Positions 39,269 to 46,438 of a stretch of 64,000 nt of DNA are shown here, one piece after another. The DNA is from Octopus sinensis (Eukaryota). Where the stretch lies: the NCBI RefSeq assembly GCF_006345805.1, contig NC_043020.1:28210001-28274000 (forward strand). The letters run 5' to 3'. The number at the start of each line of letters is the position of its first letter. Position 1 is the stretch's first letter. Below the pieces are notes generated by a model. It did no database searches and was not told the DNA's origin. It saw only the letters and a list, made by a program, of their open reading frames with translations. The position numbers and the translations under genes were made by a program.

Positions 39269-39434
39269 TACATACATACATACATACACACACACACATA
39301 CATACACACATACATACATGCATACATGCATGCATACATACATACATACATACATACATACATACATACATACATACACACACACATACATACATGCATA
39401 CATACATGCATACATGCATACATACATGCACACA

Positions 39435-39484
<50 letters not shown>

Positions 39485-40110
39485 ACACAGATACATATTA
39501 CAACTCCATCTGGCTCGAATCTGTCTGTGTTATCATAGTTATAGATAAAATGTATAAATGTTGCCAGCCACTACACATTCTTTATTTTCTCTCCTTGTTC
39601 CTTTCTGTCGAAGAGCGTAGGCTCGAAACGTTAAAGACTTTTTCACTTCCTGAGCGTTAAACTAATACATCTGTTTATCGTCTACACAATAAACAATAAG
39701 TAGAGTGGGTGTGAAAGGCTGGATCTGGCATGTTTGAACATAAAACATAGAATATTAGTGTCAGATATGGCTGGTTTAAATGTTGAAGGGTTAAAGGGAA
39801 AGGCTGTTGTCATCATTTCCAAATGACAGGGATGGCTGTTGTAGTTTCTAAAATAAAAGAGTAATTGTAATTAATGCCTGATATGCGTGGTCCATTTTTA
39901 AGTTCCTAATGTAAGGCGCAGGAGTGGCTGTGTGGTAAGTAGCTTGCCTACCAACCACATGGTTCCGGGTTCAGTCCCACTGCGTGGCACCTTGCACAAG
40001 TGTTTTCTACTATAGCCTCGGGCTGACCAAAGCCTTGTGAGTGGATTTGGTAGACGGAAACTGAAAGAAGCCCATCGTAATATGTATATATATTATATAT
40101 ATATATATAT

Positions 40111-40145
<35 letters not shown>

Positions 40146-41452
40146 TGCGTGTATGTTTGTGTCTGTGTCTGTCCCCCTAGCATTGCTTGAACAACCGATG
40201 CTGGTGTGTTATGTCCCCATCACTTAGCGGTTCGGCAAAAAGAGACCAATAGAATAAGTACTGGGATTACAAAGAATAAGTCCCGGGGTCGAGTTGCTCG
40301 ACTAAAGGCAGTGCTCCAGCATGGCCGCAGTCAAATGACTGAAACAAGTAAAAGAGAGTAAAAGAGTAAGGGGAAAGTTAAATGAGGAGGGAGCTATTGC
40401 AGATTCTTAGGTAAAAGAGAGAGTTATTGAATGGCAAAAGAAAATACCTGTAGAAAACAAGGAATTAATGAAGTACTTTTGTTACCCTTTTGGTACCATA
40501 TTTCTCTGTAAAACACCACCTTTGCTTCAGTTAATTCTTGAACTGGTGAAGAATTTGTCAAAAGAACTTTTAAAATCAAATCAAATCAAATTTATTGGCA
40601 GAAGAGTACAATGAGCTTAAGCCATGTAAAAAAAAATAAAAACCAGTTATTGTTTGTTTCTTTTTTTCATCTGGTGTTTGGGACATAAATTATTATGAAA
40701 TTTTGATGACAGGTCTTAATTGGGATCTCTTACCCTTTCATTACCAACCCGGCTGAAACCGGCTCTGGCTCTGTAGTACAAAAGTCTTGTTTTCATAAGT
40801 TTTGAATTAAAATCTTCTACCAAACCTAAGTCACAATTTATGTTCCTAACACTAGCTGAATGATAACTAAGTTATTTTACTAAATTCTTTGTTATATTTA
40901 AAGTAACTGACAGAAACACAGAGCATCTCAACAGAAATTCAGTAACAAAAGGGTTAAAACTTAAAGTTTTTTATTGCAGAACCAGAGGCAGTCTCGAGCA
41001 GACTGGTATCAAAAGGGTTAAGTTTTCATTCCAAGACTGTTGTTCTTTTCTTTCTTCAGTGGCAGGTGGAAGTGGAGCCATGAGGCTAAGAGAAGCAAGG
41101 GAGCGCAGCTTGCTCTATAAGGTAAGTTCCCTGGAAATCTTCCCTCAAGAAGTTAGGGTTTATTCTTTGTTTGTGATTGGAAAGGAAACGTTTGCAGTTG
41201 AGGAATAACAACGGTGGGATCCGGTGACGGTCAGTTACGTGTTATATAAATATTTGAAGAACTGAGTTATAATTGGGGCTTTGGCTCTGATTGATTAAAA
41301 GTTGAAGACCTCATCATCAAATGGGCATGACACATTTTGATGGAGCTGTTTTGGTGCCATTTATTTGGTGCCACTCTTCCAATACCAACCTCTTTGACAT
41401 CAGCTGTTTTAATGGTTCTCTCATTTTCTCACTCTTTCTTTCTCTCTCTCTT

Positions 41453-41489
<37 letters not shown>

Positions 41490-44095
41490 GTATATGTGTG
41501 TGAACATCTAGTTATACTTGTATGTATGTGTAATCTCTCTCTGTCTCTCTGTTTATGTGTGTGACTATCTAATTTTGTTTGTATGTTTGTTATTATGTAA
41601 TGTCTCTTTCTCTCTCTCTCTCTCAATCTCTCTCTCTCTCTCTTTCAATATCTCTCTCTCTCTCAATCTCTCTCTCTCTCTTTCAATATATCTCTCTCTT
41701 TCAATATCTCTCTCTCTCTCTTGAAGTGTCTCTCTCTCTCTTTCAATATCTCTCTCTCTCACTCTCACTTCATCTGCATATGCATATTTCTGTACATGCA
41801 TGTATGTGCACAAGCATGTGTGTGTGCGTGAGAGAGAGAGAGGGTGTGTGTGTAAGAGAGAATATGTGTATGTGAGAGTGTGTGAGAGAGATAGTGTGTG
41901 TGTGAGAGATAGTGTGTGTAGTGGCCTCTCATACCAAACCCTGTTGTCACCCAAACAGGTTGAATGTCCAGTCTGTTGTGTCAAATGGTCATTGTCCAAA
42001 CAGCCATGCCCCATTTGTCTCAATCCAGCCTCAAATACAGTTGGCCATTTCATATTGAGGGAGGATATGGCCATTGCCATACTGTCCACGTTAAGTGTCC
42101 TTCAATGGCTACAGTTGAATACGGGGGTCAGTGTAATTGACCTTAGCCCCCTCCCCATAAATTGCTGGCCTTGTGCCAACATTTCAAACCAATCCAACTA
42201 CATTTGTTTTATCTTTGGTTATTTATTTTATCTTTTATTTAGTATTTTGTTTTTTTCCTTTTCATATTTGCAGAAAATTGATGAAATAGAGGCAAAGCTT
42301 ATTCCTAGTATAAAACAGGTTACCAAGAAATACAAGGAAACTGTCACCTTTCAGGTAACTATAACCCTCCCCACCCCACTAACACACACACACATTTTGA
42401 GTTACCTTTGAGACTTAAGAGATACAATTTTGATAAGTTTTGGTGCTATTGATATTGTCATCATTCTTGTTATCATTATTGTTGTTATTTTCATGCTTGT
42501 TGTTGTTGCTGTTGTTTACTCATTATTACTCAGATATAATGTATCCAGTGAAACTTCCTTTTTTTTTAAGTAATTCAAAGAAGATTTAGTTGCCATTTCT
42601 TGCAGGTCAAGCGACCAGATATAGGCTTCCTCTAACAATAAGATGTATAGGATGATGGGAAAGTTGGATGAATATGAAGAGTAGCCATTCATTTTTAATT
42701 CACCATCTGTTTATTGTTAAAAGTGTATATAAGACATGATTGGTCCAAAGGCAAAAAAGGAAAAAAGTAGTGTAATGTGAGAAAGTTTTGTCCATAGTAA
42801 TAGTATGTGTTAAAGGGGAAGTAACAATATTCCTGTGAAAACAGTGACTGTGCTAGTGTTAGCATTGACCAGTCTTTTCACAGTTCAGCATTCTGACCAT
42901 GCTGAATACAAGAATTTGCCCGCTGTTTTACTTTGCTGCTTGCATTGCTAAGCCCCTGACTTTTATACTGTTTTTCCCCTCTCTGTAAATCTAATCCCCT
43001 TTTATGTGCTCCAGGACAAACCAGATTGGATACATTTGTGATGACATCATCATTTGAAAATCCAAGAGATTTTTACATATAATTTGATTGGCCAGCTTTT
43101 TGTTGATGTCATTACTCAATCCTTCATAACTCTGGCTGCCATTTTCAAATGGATGAAATAAATATCGGAGATGCTTTGCCCCCACATAGAAACTTCGGGA
43201 GCTGCTCTGAAGTATTGCAAGGGCTTCTTATGAATCCTTCACAACGTTAGGGACCCTCCTATATCACCAGAAGGTATTTCAGTGTCACAAGCACTTCACC
43301 CATTAGCCTCTAACAACAAGTCCAGTGTTCAAATCTATGTATCAACCTGCTACTGATGTAACACTTAAAGCCTCTAGTAGTAGTAGTAGTAGTAGTAGTA
43401 GTAGAATCGATGTTGTTGTTGGTGTGCTTGTTGCTACTGCTGCTGCTGCTGTTGTTGTTGTTGTTAAGCAACAAGACGGATAAGGGTGATTAGGTGATGG
43501 TCTAGGTCTTAGGGGAGGGAGACCCCAGACCTTGGGGGAGAAAACAAAACTTTGGTCGTCTTGTTGTAGTCAAGGGCTCTCCGTTGACGCCCGACACCAC
43601 TGGGAAGTGGCCCTGGAAGTCACTGGAAATGGAGATCTCCAGGTCCAAATTCTTGGACAGCTGCTTCTGCTGCTGCTGTTGTCTTTCCATTTACTTCAGA
43701 TCCTACAACTGCCATCTTTACTTTCCATTTATTCATTCATTAACTTATAAAAATAACACTGGTCATCTACTTGGCCAACTAACATTTATTTTCCCCCGAC
43801 ATAATGTCTGATCTTGCACCGAAATTTAGAAATCCTCATTTAATCCCTCGTTCTTCTTATTTTCTTGCCAACCTCAAAGAATCGTCCGTACCTAGAAAAA
43901 ATGAAGTATGACCGCGTCGAGATGCTGTATTATTTGCAAGAAGAACGTAAAGTCAACGCCATACACTATGAAGCTTCACGTCTGGGCATCTCTCTAGCGA
44001 CTAAATATCTGGACCTGGAGAGCTTACTCTCAAAGCCCGTGGAAGAAGAGAGTCCATCAGCGCTTCGGACAGCAAGTGCTGAAATTAATGGTTAA
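2906..44095 (+). CDS. CCDC87: Coiled-coil domain-containing protein 87-like, 29 coding exons (whole-gene span)
   Basis: The exons below join with continuous phase into 2727 nt. Motifs recalled from CCDC87: MLKPLKL, RGVYTT..NNSR, RSNSEP.L..GE.I.EEL, DLPP, WKTWW...[35 protein letters not shown]...MALRYS, WE...[37 protein letters not shown]. Confidence 0.85.
3098..3503 (-). mobile_element. SINE family A, full length
   Basis: Same head, core and tail as 1879..2282. Confidence 0.9.
4190..4600. mobile_element. Penelope-like terminal-repeat remnant with internal inversion
   Basis: Homologous to 31060-31500 and 57222-57415. 4365..4386 is the reverse complement of the hammerhead 3' half (GGCTGAAACAGCTGTAAGATCC). 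Confidence 0.55.
4972..5085 (+). CDS. CCDC87: CCDC87-like coding exon 2 ([13 protein letters not shown]...DVEEHKKF)
   Basis: tatctag| and |gtaagt; 114 nt; only one open frame; phase 0-0. Confidence 0.8.
5177..5496 (+). mobile_element. Non-autonomous Helitron/Helentron-like element, 3'-truncated
   Basis: Starts TTT|ACTAGCAGTATCGCCCGGCGTTGCTCGGG (subterminal hairpin CCCG..CGGG). Its 3' ~150 bp match 58511-58657 in reverse orientation. Confidence 0.55.
5955..6180. repeat. (ATC)n microsatellite
   Basis: Seen directly. Confidence 0.95.
6654..6725 (+). CDS. CCDC87: CCDC87-like coding exon 3 ([24 protein letters not shown])
   Basis: atttcag| and |gtaagt; 72 nt; phase 0-0. Confidence 0.8.
7310..7707 (+). 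mobile_element. SINE family A, full length
   Basis: Reverse complement of the - copies. Confidence 0.9.
7793..7889 (+). CDS. CCDC87: CCDC87-like coding exon 4 ([32 protein letters not shown])
   Basis: ttctcag| and |gtaagt; 97 nt; phase 0-1. Confidence 0.85.
9242..9323 (+). CDS. CCDC87: CCDC87-like coding exon 5 ([27 protein letters not shown])
   Basis: taacag| and |gtaagt; 82 nt; phase 1-2. Confidence 0.85.
9606..9800. repeat. (GAT)n microsatellite grown from a SINE C tail
   Basis: Seen directly. Confidence 0.9.
10630..10741 (+). CDS. CCDC87: CCDC87-like coding exon 6 ([18 protein letters not shown]...EKKLR)
   Basis: ttacag| and AGG|gtaaca; 112 nt; phase 2-0. Confidence 0.75.
10787..11212. 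repeat. (CA)n-rich low-complexity tract
   Basis: Seen directly. Confidence 0.9.
11214..11625 (-). mobile_element. SINE family A, full length
   Basis: As above. Confidence 0.9.
12503..12571 (+). CDS. CCDC87: CCDC87-like coding exon 7, tentative ([23 protein letters not shown])
   Basis: tttacag| and |gtaaga; 69 nt; symmetric phase 0-0, so not needed for frame; no homology support recognised. Confidence 0.5.
13795..13864 (+). CDS. CCDC87: CCDC87-like coding exon 8 ([23 protein letters not shown])
   Basis: ttttgcag| and |gtaagc; 70 nt; phase 0-1. Confidence 0.7.
14465..14856. repeat. (CAC)n/(TAC)n compound microsatellite
   Basis: Seen directly. Confidence 0.9.
14882..14948 (+). CDS. CCDC87: CCDC87-like coding exon 9 ([23 protein letters not shown])
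   Basis: gtttcag| and GA|gtcagt; 67 nt; phase 1-2. The donor 4 nt downstream would cause a stop in the next exon. Confidence 0.7.
15054..15455. repeat. (GACA)n/(CA)n tract
   Basis: Seen directly. Confidence 0.9.
15500..15548 (+). CDS. CCDC87: CCDC87-like coding exon 10 ([16 protein letters not shown])
   Basis: ttgcag| and AAG|gtaaac; 49 nt; only the phase-2 frame is open. Confidence 0.7.
15752..16178 (-). mobile_element. SINE family A, full length, directly downstream of the tRNA-Arg terminator
   Basis: Head begins 2 nt after the T6 run. Confidence 0.9.
16180..16185 (-). terminator. Pol III oligo-T terminator of the tRNA-Arg
   Basis: T6 run on - starting 8 nt after the discriminator base. 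Confidence 0.7.
16194..16266 (-). tRNA. tRNA-Arg (anticodon CCG), intronic and antisense to CCDC87
   Basis: GGTCCTGTGGCCTAATGGATAAGGCGTCGGCCTCCGGAGCCGAAGATTGTGGGTTCAAGTCCCATCAGGGTCG, 73 nt. It has a 7-bp acceptor stem (2 G-U pairs), anticodon arm TCGGC-CTCCGGA-GCCGA, T arm GTGGG-TTCAAGT-CCCAT, and intact A and B boxes. Confidence 0.9.
16377..16499 (+). CDS. CCDC87: CCDC87-like coding exon 11 ([20 protein letters not shown]...PTK)
   Basis: gtatcag| and |gtaaga; 123 nt; phase 0-0. Confidence 0.85.
16996..17112 (+). CDS. CCDC87: CCDC87-like coding exon 12 ([16 protein letters not shown]...DDLPPVIK)
   Basis: tttccag| and AAG|gtacat; 117 nt; phase 0-0. Confidence 0.85.
18794..18894 (+). CDS. CCDC87: CCDC87-like coding exon 13 ([33 protein letters not shown])
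   Basis: ctgaag| and |gtaagc; 101 nt; phase 0-2; coiled-coil-like. Confidence 0.8.
19150..20030 (+). mobile_element. Two tandem copies of a non-coding retroelement-like repeat bounded by (TTA)n
   Basis: 19150-19503 (5'-truncated) and 19545-20026 share ...GTGATCTCATATCAAGATAAACAG...GAGCAGAATATTTGCTG. A third 5' fragment at 13467-13626 also follows (TTA)n. Confidence 0.7.
21160..21229 (+). CDS. CCDC87: CCDC87-like coding exon 14 ([23 protein letters not shown])
   Basis: cttttag| and AAG|gtgttt; 70 nt; phase 2-0. Confidence 0.75.
21835..21936 (+). CDS. CCDC87: CCDC87-like coding exon 15 ([14 protein letters not shown]...YNELLGE)
   Basis: caacag| and |gtaagt; 102 nt; phase 0-0. Confidence 0.85.
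23510..23641 (+). CDS. CCDC87: CCDC87-like coding exon 16 ([10 protein letters not shown]...EILSE)
   Basis: tttacag| and GAG|gtaatt; 132 nt; phase 0-0. Confidence 0.85.
24831..25101. repeat. Fold-back inverted repeat, 91-bp arms
   Basis: 24831-24921 vs 25011-25101, 3 mismatches. Confidence 0.95.
25372..25498 (+). CDS. CCDC87: CCDC87-like coding exon 17 ([13 protein letters not shown]...EEVPPWQ)
   Basis: gttccag| and |gtatga; 127 nt; phase 0-1. Confidence 0.8.
26027..26570 (-). pseudogene. Degenerate C-terminal RLE-endonuclease region of an R4/Dong-type non-LTR retrotransposon
   Basis: IIISC...Y..RHDVVAK.I...WWNTPIKT...[11 protein letters not shown]...LQ..S.SGT.KI, with stops and frameshifts. 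Confidence 0.7.
26782..26820 (+). CDS. CCDC87: CCDC87-like coding exon 18 ([13 protein letters not shown])
   Basis: ccacag| and |gtaagt; 39 nt; phase 1-1. Confidence 0.6.
27165..27280 (+). CDS. CCDC87: CCDC87-like coding exon 19 (ESHDCDD...[22 protein letters not shown])
   Basis: ctttcag| and |gtaagg; 116 nt; phase 1-0. Confidence 0.85.
27286..28157. repeat. ~870-bp (TTC/CTC)n polypyrimidine tract
   Basis: Almost purine-free on + from about 27420 to 28157. Confidence 0.97.
28973..29076 (+). CDS. CCDC87: CCDC87-like coding exon 20 ([15 protein letters not shown]...AAIL)
   Basis: gtttcag| and |gttagt; 104 nt; phase 0-2. Confidence 0.85.
29242..30220 (+). mobile_element. Four tandem copies of a ~225-bp piggyBac-type MITE
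   Basis: Units at about 29242-29434 (5'-truncated), 29489-29711, 29743-29963 and 29995-30216. Ends are CCCTTTT...AAAAGGG with TTAA on the 3' side. A solo copy lies at 40733-40953. Confidence 0.75.
30365..30495 (+). CDS. CCDC87: CCDC87-like coding exon 21 (TEKEVV...[20 protein letters not shown])
   Basis: ttgcag| and |gtaagt; 131 nt; phase 2-1. Confidence 0.85.
30900..31500 (+). mobile_element. Penelope-like non-autonomous remnant carrying a hammerhead motif
   Basis: Flanked by (TA)n. The 3' part is homologous to 4390-4600 and 57345-57415. Confidence 0.55.
30950..31080 (+). ncRNA. Type I hammerhead ribozyme motif with extended stem II and U4C core
   Basis: AATCT-CCGAAGA-GGCC...GGCC-GAAA-C-AGCT-GTA-AGATT. 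Stem I is AATCT/AGATT, stem II is GGCC/GGCC with an extension, stem III is the palindrome ACAGCTGT, and the cleavage triplet is GUA (after 31075). Confidence 0.7.
32446..32975. mobile_element. Head-to-head inverted pair of SINE family C ((GAT)n tail)
   Basis: The left copy on - (CATCATC...GTTTAGCGTCCG...GTGTAGTGGGTGC) and the right copy on + (GCACCCACTACACTC...CGTTAAATGATGATG) are separated by a TA spacer. The family also occurs at about 7060-7295, 20640-21000, 23790-24095, 28680-28910, 36160-36537 and 47225-47690. Confidence 0.8.
33434..33998 (+). mobile_element. Internally deleted mariner transposon
   Basis: TIRs TTGGGTTGTCCGGAAAGTTTGTGC / GCACGAACTTTCAGGACAACCTAA with TA on both sides. 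It encodes the N-terminus MEDKKVHF fused to [21 protein letters not shown]...[11 protein letters not shown]. Confidence 0.9.
33999..34412. repeat. (TA)n tracts
   Basis: Seen directly. Confidence 0.95.
35083..35172 (+). CDS. CCDC87: CCDC87-like coding exon 22 ([30 protein letters not shown])
   Basis: ctcatag| and |gtaagt; 90 nt; phase 1-1. Confidence 0.7.
36809..36821 (+). CDS. CCDC87: CCDC87-like coding exon 23, 13-nt microexon (GSPRT)
   Basis: tttctttatccag|GCTCGCCCAGAAC|gtgagt; phase 1-2; needed to join the exon 22 and exon 24 frames. Confidence 0.7.
37623..37689 (+). CDS. CCDC87: CCDC87-like coding exon 24 ([22 protein letters not shown])
   Basis: ccttctag| and |gtaaga; 67 nt; phase 2-0. 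Confidence 0.7.
38301..38432 (+). CDS. CCDC87: CCDC87-like coding exon 25 ([23 protein letters not shown]...SLPK)
   Basis: gatctag| and AAG|gtcagt; 132 nt; phase 0-0. Confidence 0.9.
38990..39104 (+). CDS. CCDC87: CCDC87-like coding exon 26 (MLTDWEKVV...[10 protein letters not shown])
   Basis: cttcaag| and |gtaagc; 115 nt; phase 0-1. Confidence 0.9.
39159..39497. repeat. (CATA)n/(CA)n tract
   Basis: Seen directly. Confidence 0.95.
39601..39636 (+). ncRNA. Hammerhead-like motif with atypical core in a Penelope-type terminus
   Basis: CTTT-CTGTCGAA-GAGC-GTAG-GCTC-GAAA-CGT-T-AAAG. Stems I and II pair and stem III is the ACGT palindrome, but the core is non-canonical. Confidence 0.35.
39915..40370 (+). 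mobile_element. SINE family A, full length
   Basis: As above. Confidence 0.9.
41060..41121 (+). CDS. CCDC87: CCDC87-like coding exon 27 ([21 protein letters not shown])
   Basis: tcttcag| and |gtaagt; 62 nt; phase 1-0. Confidence 0.9.
41430..41920. repeat. (CT)n / (GT,GA)n compound tract
   Basis: Seen directly. Confidence 0.9.
42274..42354 (+). CDS. CCDC87: CCDC87-like coding exon 28 ([27 protein letters not shown])
   Basis: tttgcag| and CAG|gtaact; 81 nt; phase 0-0. Confidence 0.9.
43880..44095 (+). CDS. CCDC87: CCDC87-like terminal coding exon 29 ([24 protein letters not shown]...AEING*)
   Basis: ctcaaag| acceptor after a pyrimidine tract; stop TAA ends at 44095. Confidence 0.9.
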   Translation, partial: NRPYLEKMKYDRVEMLYYLQEERKVNAIHYEASRLGISLATKYLDLESLLSKPVEEESPSALRTASAEING

Positions 44096-45498
44096 TTCAG
44101 GAAGGAGACCAGGGTTTTACTAGAATGTAATCTGTAGGTTTTGAGGAGTTTTTGGTTATAATTCTTCATCTGAAAGCCAAATAATATAGAAACTACTACG
44201 AAAGTAACAACAGCTGTAACTGCATTGGTTTTTAGATGAAGCTCGTGTGTGTGTGTGAATATGTATGAGAGGGTTTATAAGATTATAAGATTAAGTTTAT
44301 AAGATTAAGAGGGTATGAGTAGGGGAGGGCATGATATGGAAAGGGGTACATGTAGGCATCACAAATTCTAGGCACATTTATTGTACCGAGGATCTGTGAA
44401 TGTATGTATGAATGCATGTATGTGTGTATGAATGTATGTATGTATGAATGCATGTATGTGTGTATGAATGTATGTATGTATGAATGCATGTATGTGTATG
44501 AATAAATGTATGTATGTATGAATGCATGCATGTATGTATGTTTGTATGTATGTATGTCATTATTCAGTTTTATTTCAAGATTTCTTGCCAATAGAGAGAG
44601 AACTGGCTTCTAACCTAGATCTTAGGCTCCTTCATTGGAATTTCAACATCGACAACAGAGTATTTTTGTATATATGTATGTATATATGTATGTATATATG
44701 TATGTATGTGCGTGTGTGTATGTATGTGTTCAGATTTGTATGTTTTGTTTTATATATGTGTTCTTATGCATATAGTTGCATATATAGACACGCTGTATGT
44801 ATGTATGTATGTAATTATGCATGTATGTATGTATTTTTGTGTGTATGTATATATGTAGCTATAAATATATACATGCATATATAAGTATTGTGTGTGTGTG
44901 TGTGTTGTGTGTGTGTGCACACGCATAAAATTGTGTATAAACCCACAGACCCATAAGAATGCCCTATGTAAAAACTTTTGTTGACATATATAAATAAATA
45001 TGTATACACACAAATATATGTGTTTTCATACAAGCCATATATAAGCACACTATATTCGCAGACACAGATAAACACCCACGTAGAGAGACACACTCTCTCA
45101 CATACACATACACACATATACGAATATATGTGTGTGTGTGTGTGTGGTATAATATATGTATATGTATGTGTGTGTGTATATATATATATACACACATACA
45201 GGCATATACACATGATAAACACACACAGACACCTTATACATGCATGCATACAGACCCATAGCCATATACTCAAATACTGTCCCCACACAATGCTTATATA
45301 CATCACCATACAGACACAAAGTTATATGTCTCCAAATTAGTAATACTAAGGAAATTTAATGATAATGATGAATAGTTTATAATTAAGAATATCAAAAATT
45401 TATTATTAAAACATCATTAAGAAATACAAAATTATATTTGTTTTCATTTAATATGTTTATCCTTTTAAAATTGCTCTCTCTCTCTCTCTTTATATATA

Positions 45499-45576
<78 letters not shown>

Positions 45577-45892
45577 ATATTATATATATACATATACATA
45601 TATATATATATATATATCATCATCATCATCATCGTCTAACATCCGCTTTTCATGCTAGCATGGGTTGGATGATTTTGACCCAGGACTGGCAAACCAGATG
45701 TCTGCACCAGGCTCCATATATATATATATAATATATATAATATACAGGTATAAGTTAGAGGTCTTAAACCCTCTAAGGGATAAATGTATCCAAAGGCACT
45801 CCCGGTAATTACCTCAGTAAATATAATCCTTGGTATAAGGTATATGGCTGCAAGTAGTTTAACAGGTAAACCGTAGTTTAATTTATATAGAT

Positions 45893-46028
45893 GATAAGAA
45901 AATGGAGGAAAAATAATAAGAAGAATTGTGTCTTTTGCGCTAGGAAGCCATTATTTAACTAATTAAATAATGGCTTCCTATAGCAAAAGACTCACTTCCT
46001 AATGTTATTTTTCCTCCATTTTCTTATC
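45893..46028. repeat. Long imperfect hairpin
   Basis: Outer arms 45893-45916 / 46005-46028 are perfect; inner arms 45931-45958 / 45963-45990 have 2 mismatches. Confidence 0.9.
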
Positions 46029-46083
46029 GTCTCTCTCTCTATATCTCTCTCTCTCTCTCTCTTTCTCTCTATATATATTATAT

Positions 46084-46135
<52 letters not shown>

Positions 46136-46279
46136 ACATACATACATACATACATATATATACTCTTTACTCTTTTATTTGTTTCAGTCATTTTGCTGTA
46201 GAGTGTGTGAGAAATTTTCTTGTTAAGTGTGGGTGAGACACACCACTTCTAGAACTCAGTTTCATTGATATATCTATAT

Positions 46280-46438
<159 letters not shown>

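Noticed and set aside
43015-43275. Possible Ty3/gypsy RT fragment (YICDDIII) or extra CCDC87 exon with splice-like ends
   Set aside because: All frames contain stops, there is only a single short motif, and exon 28 joins exon 29 in frame without it.
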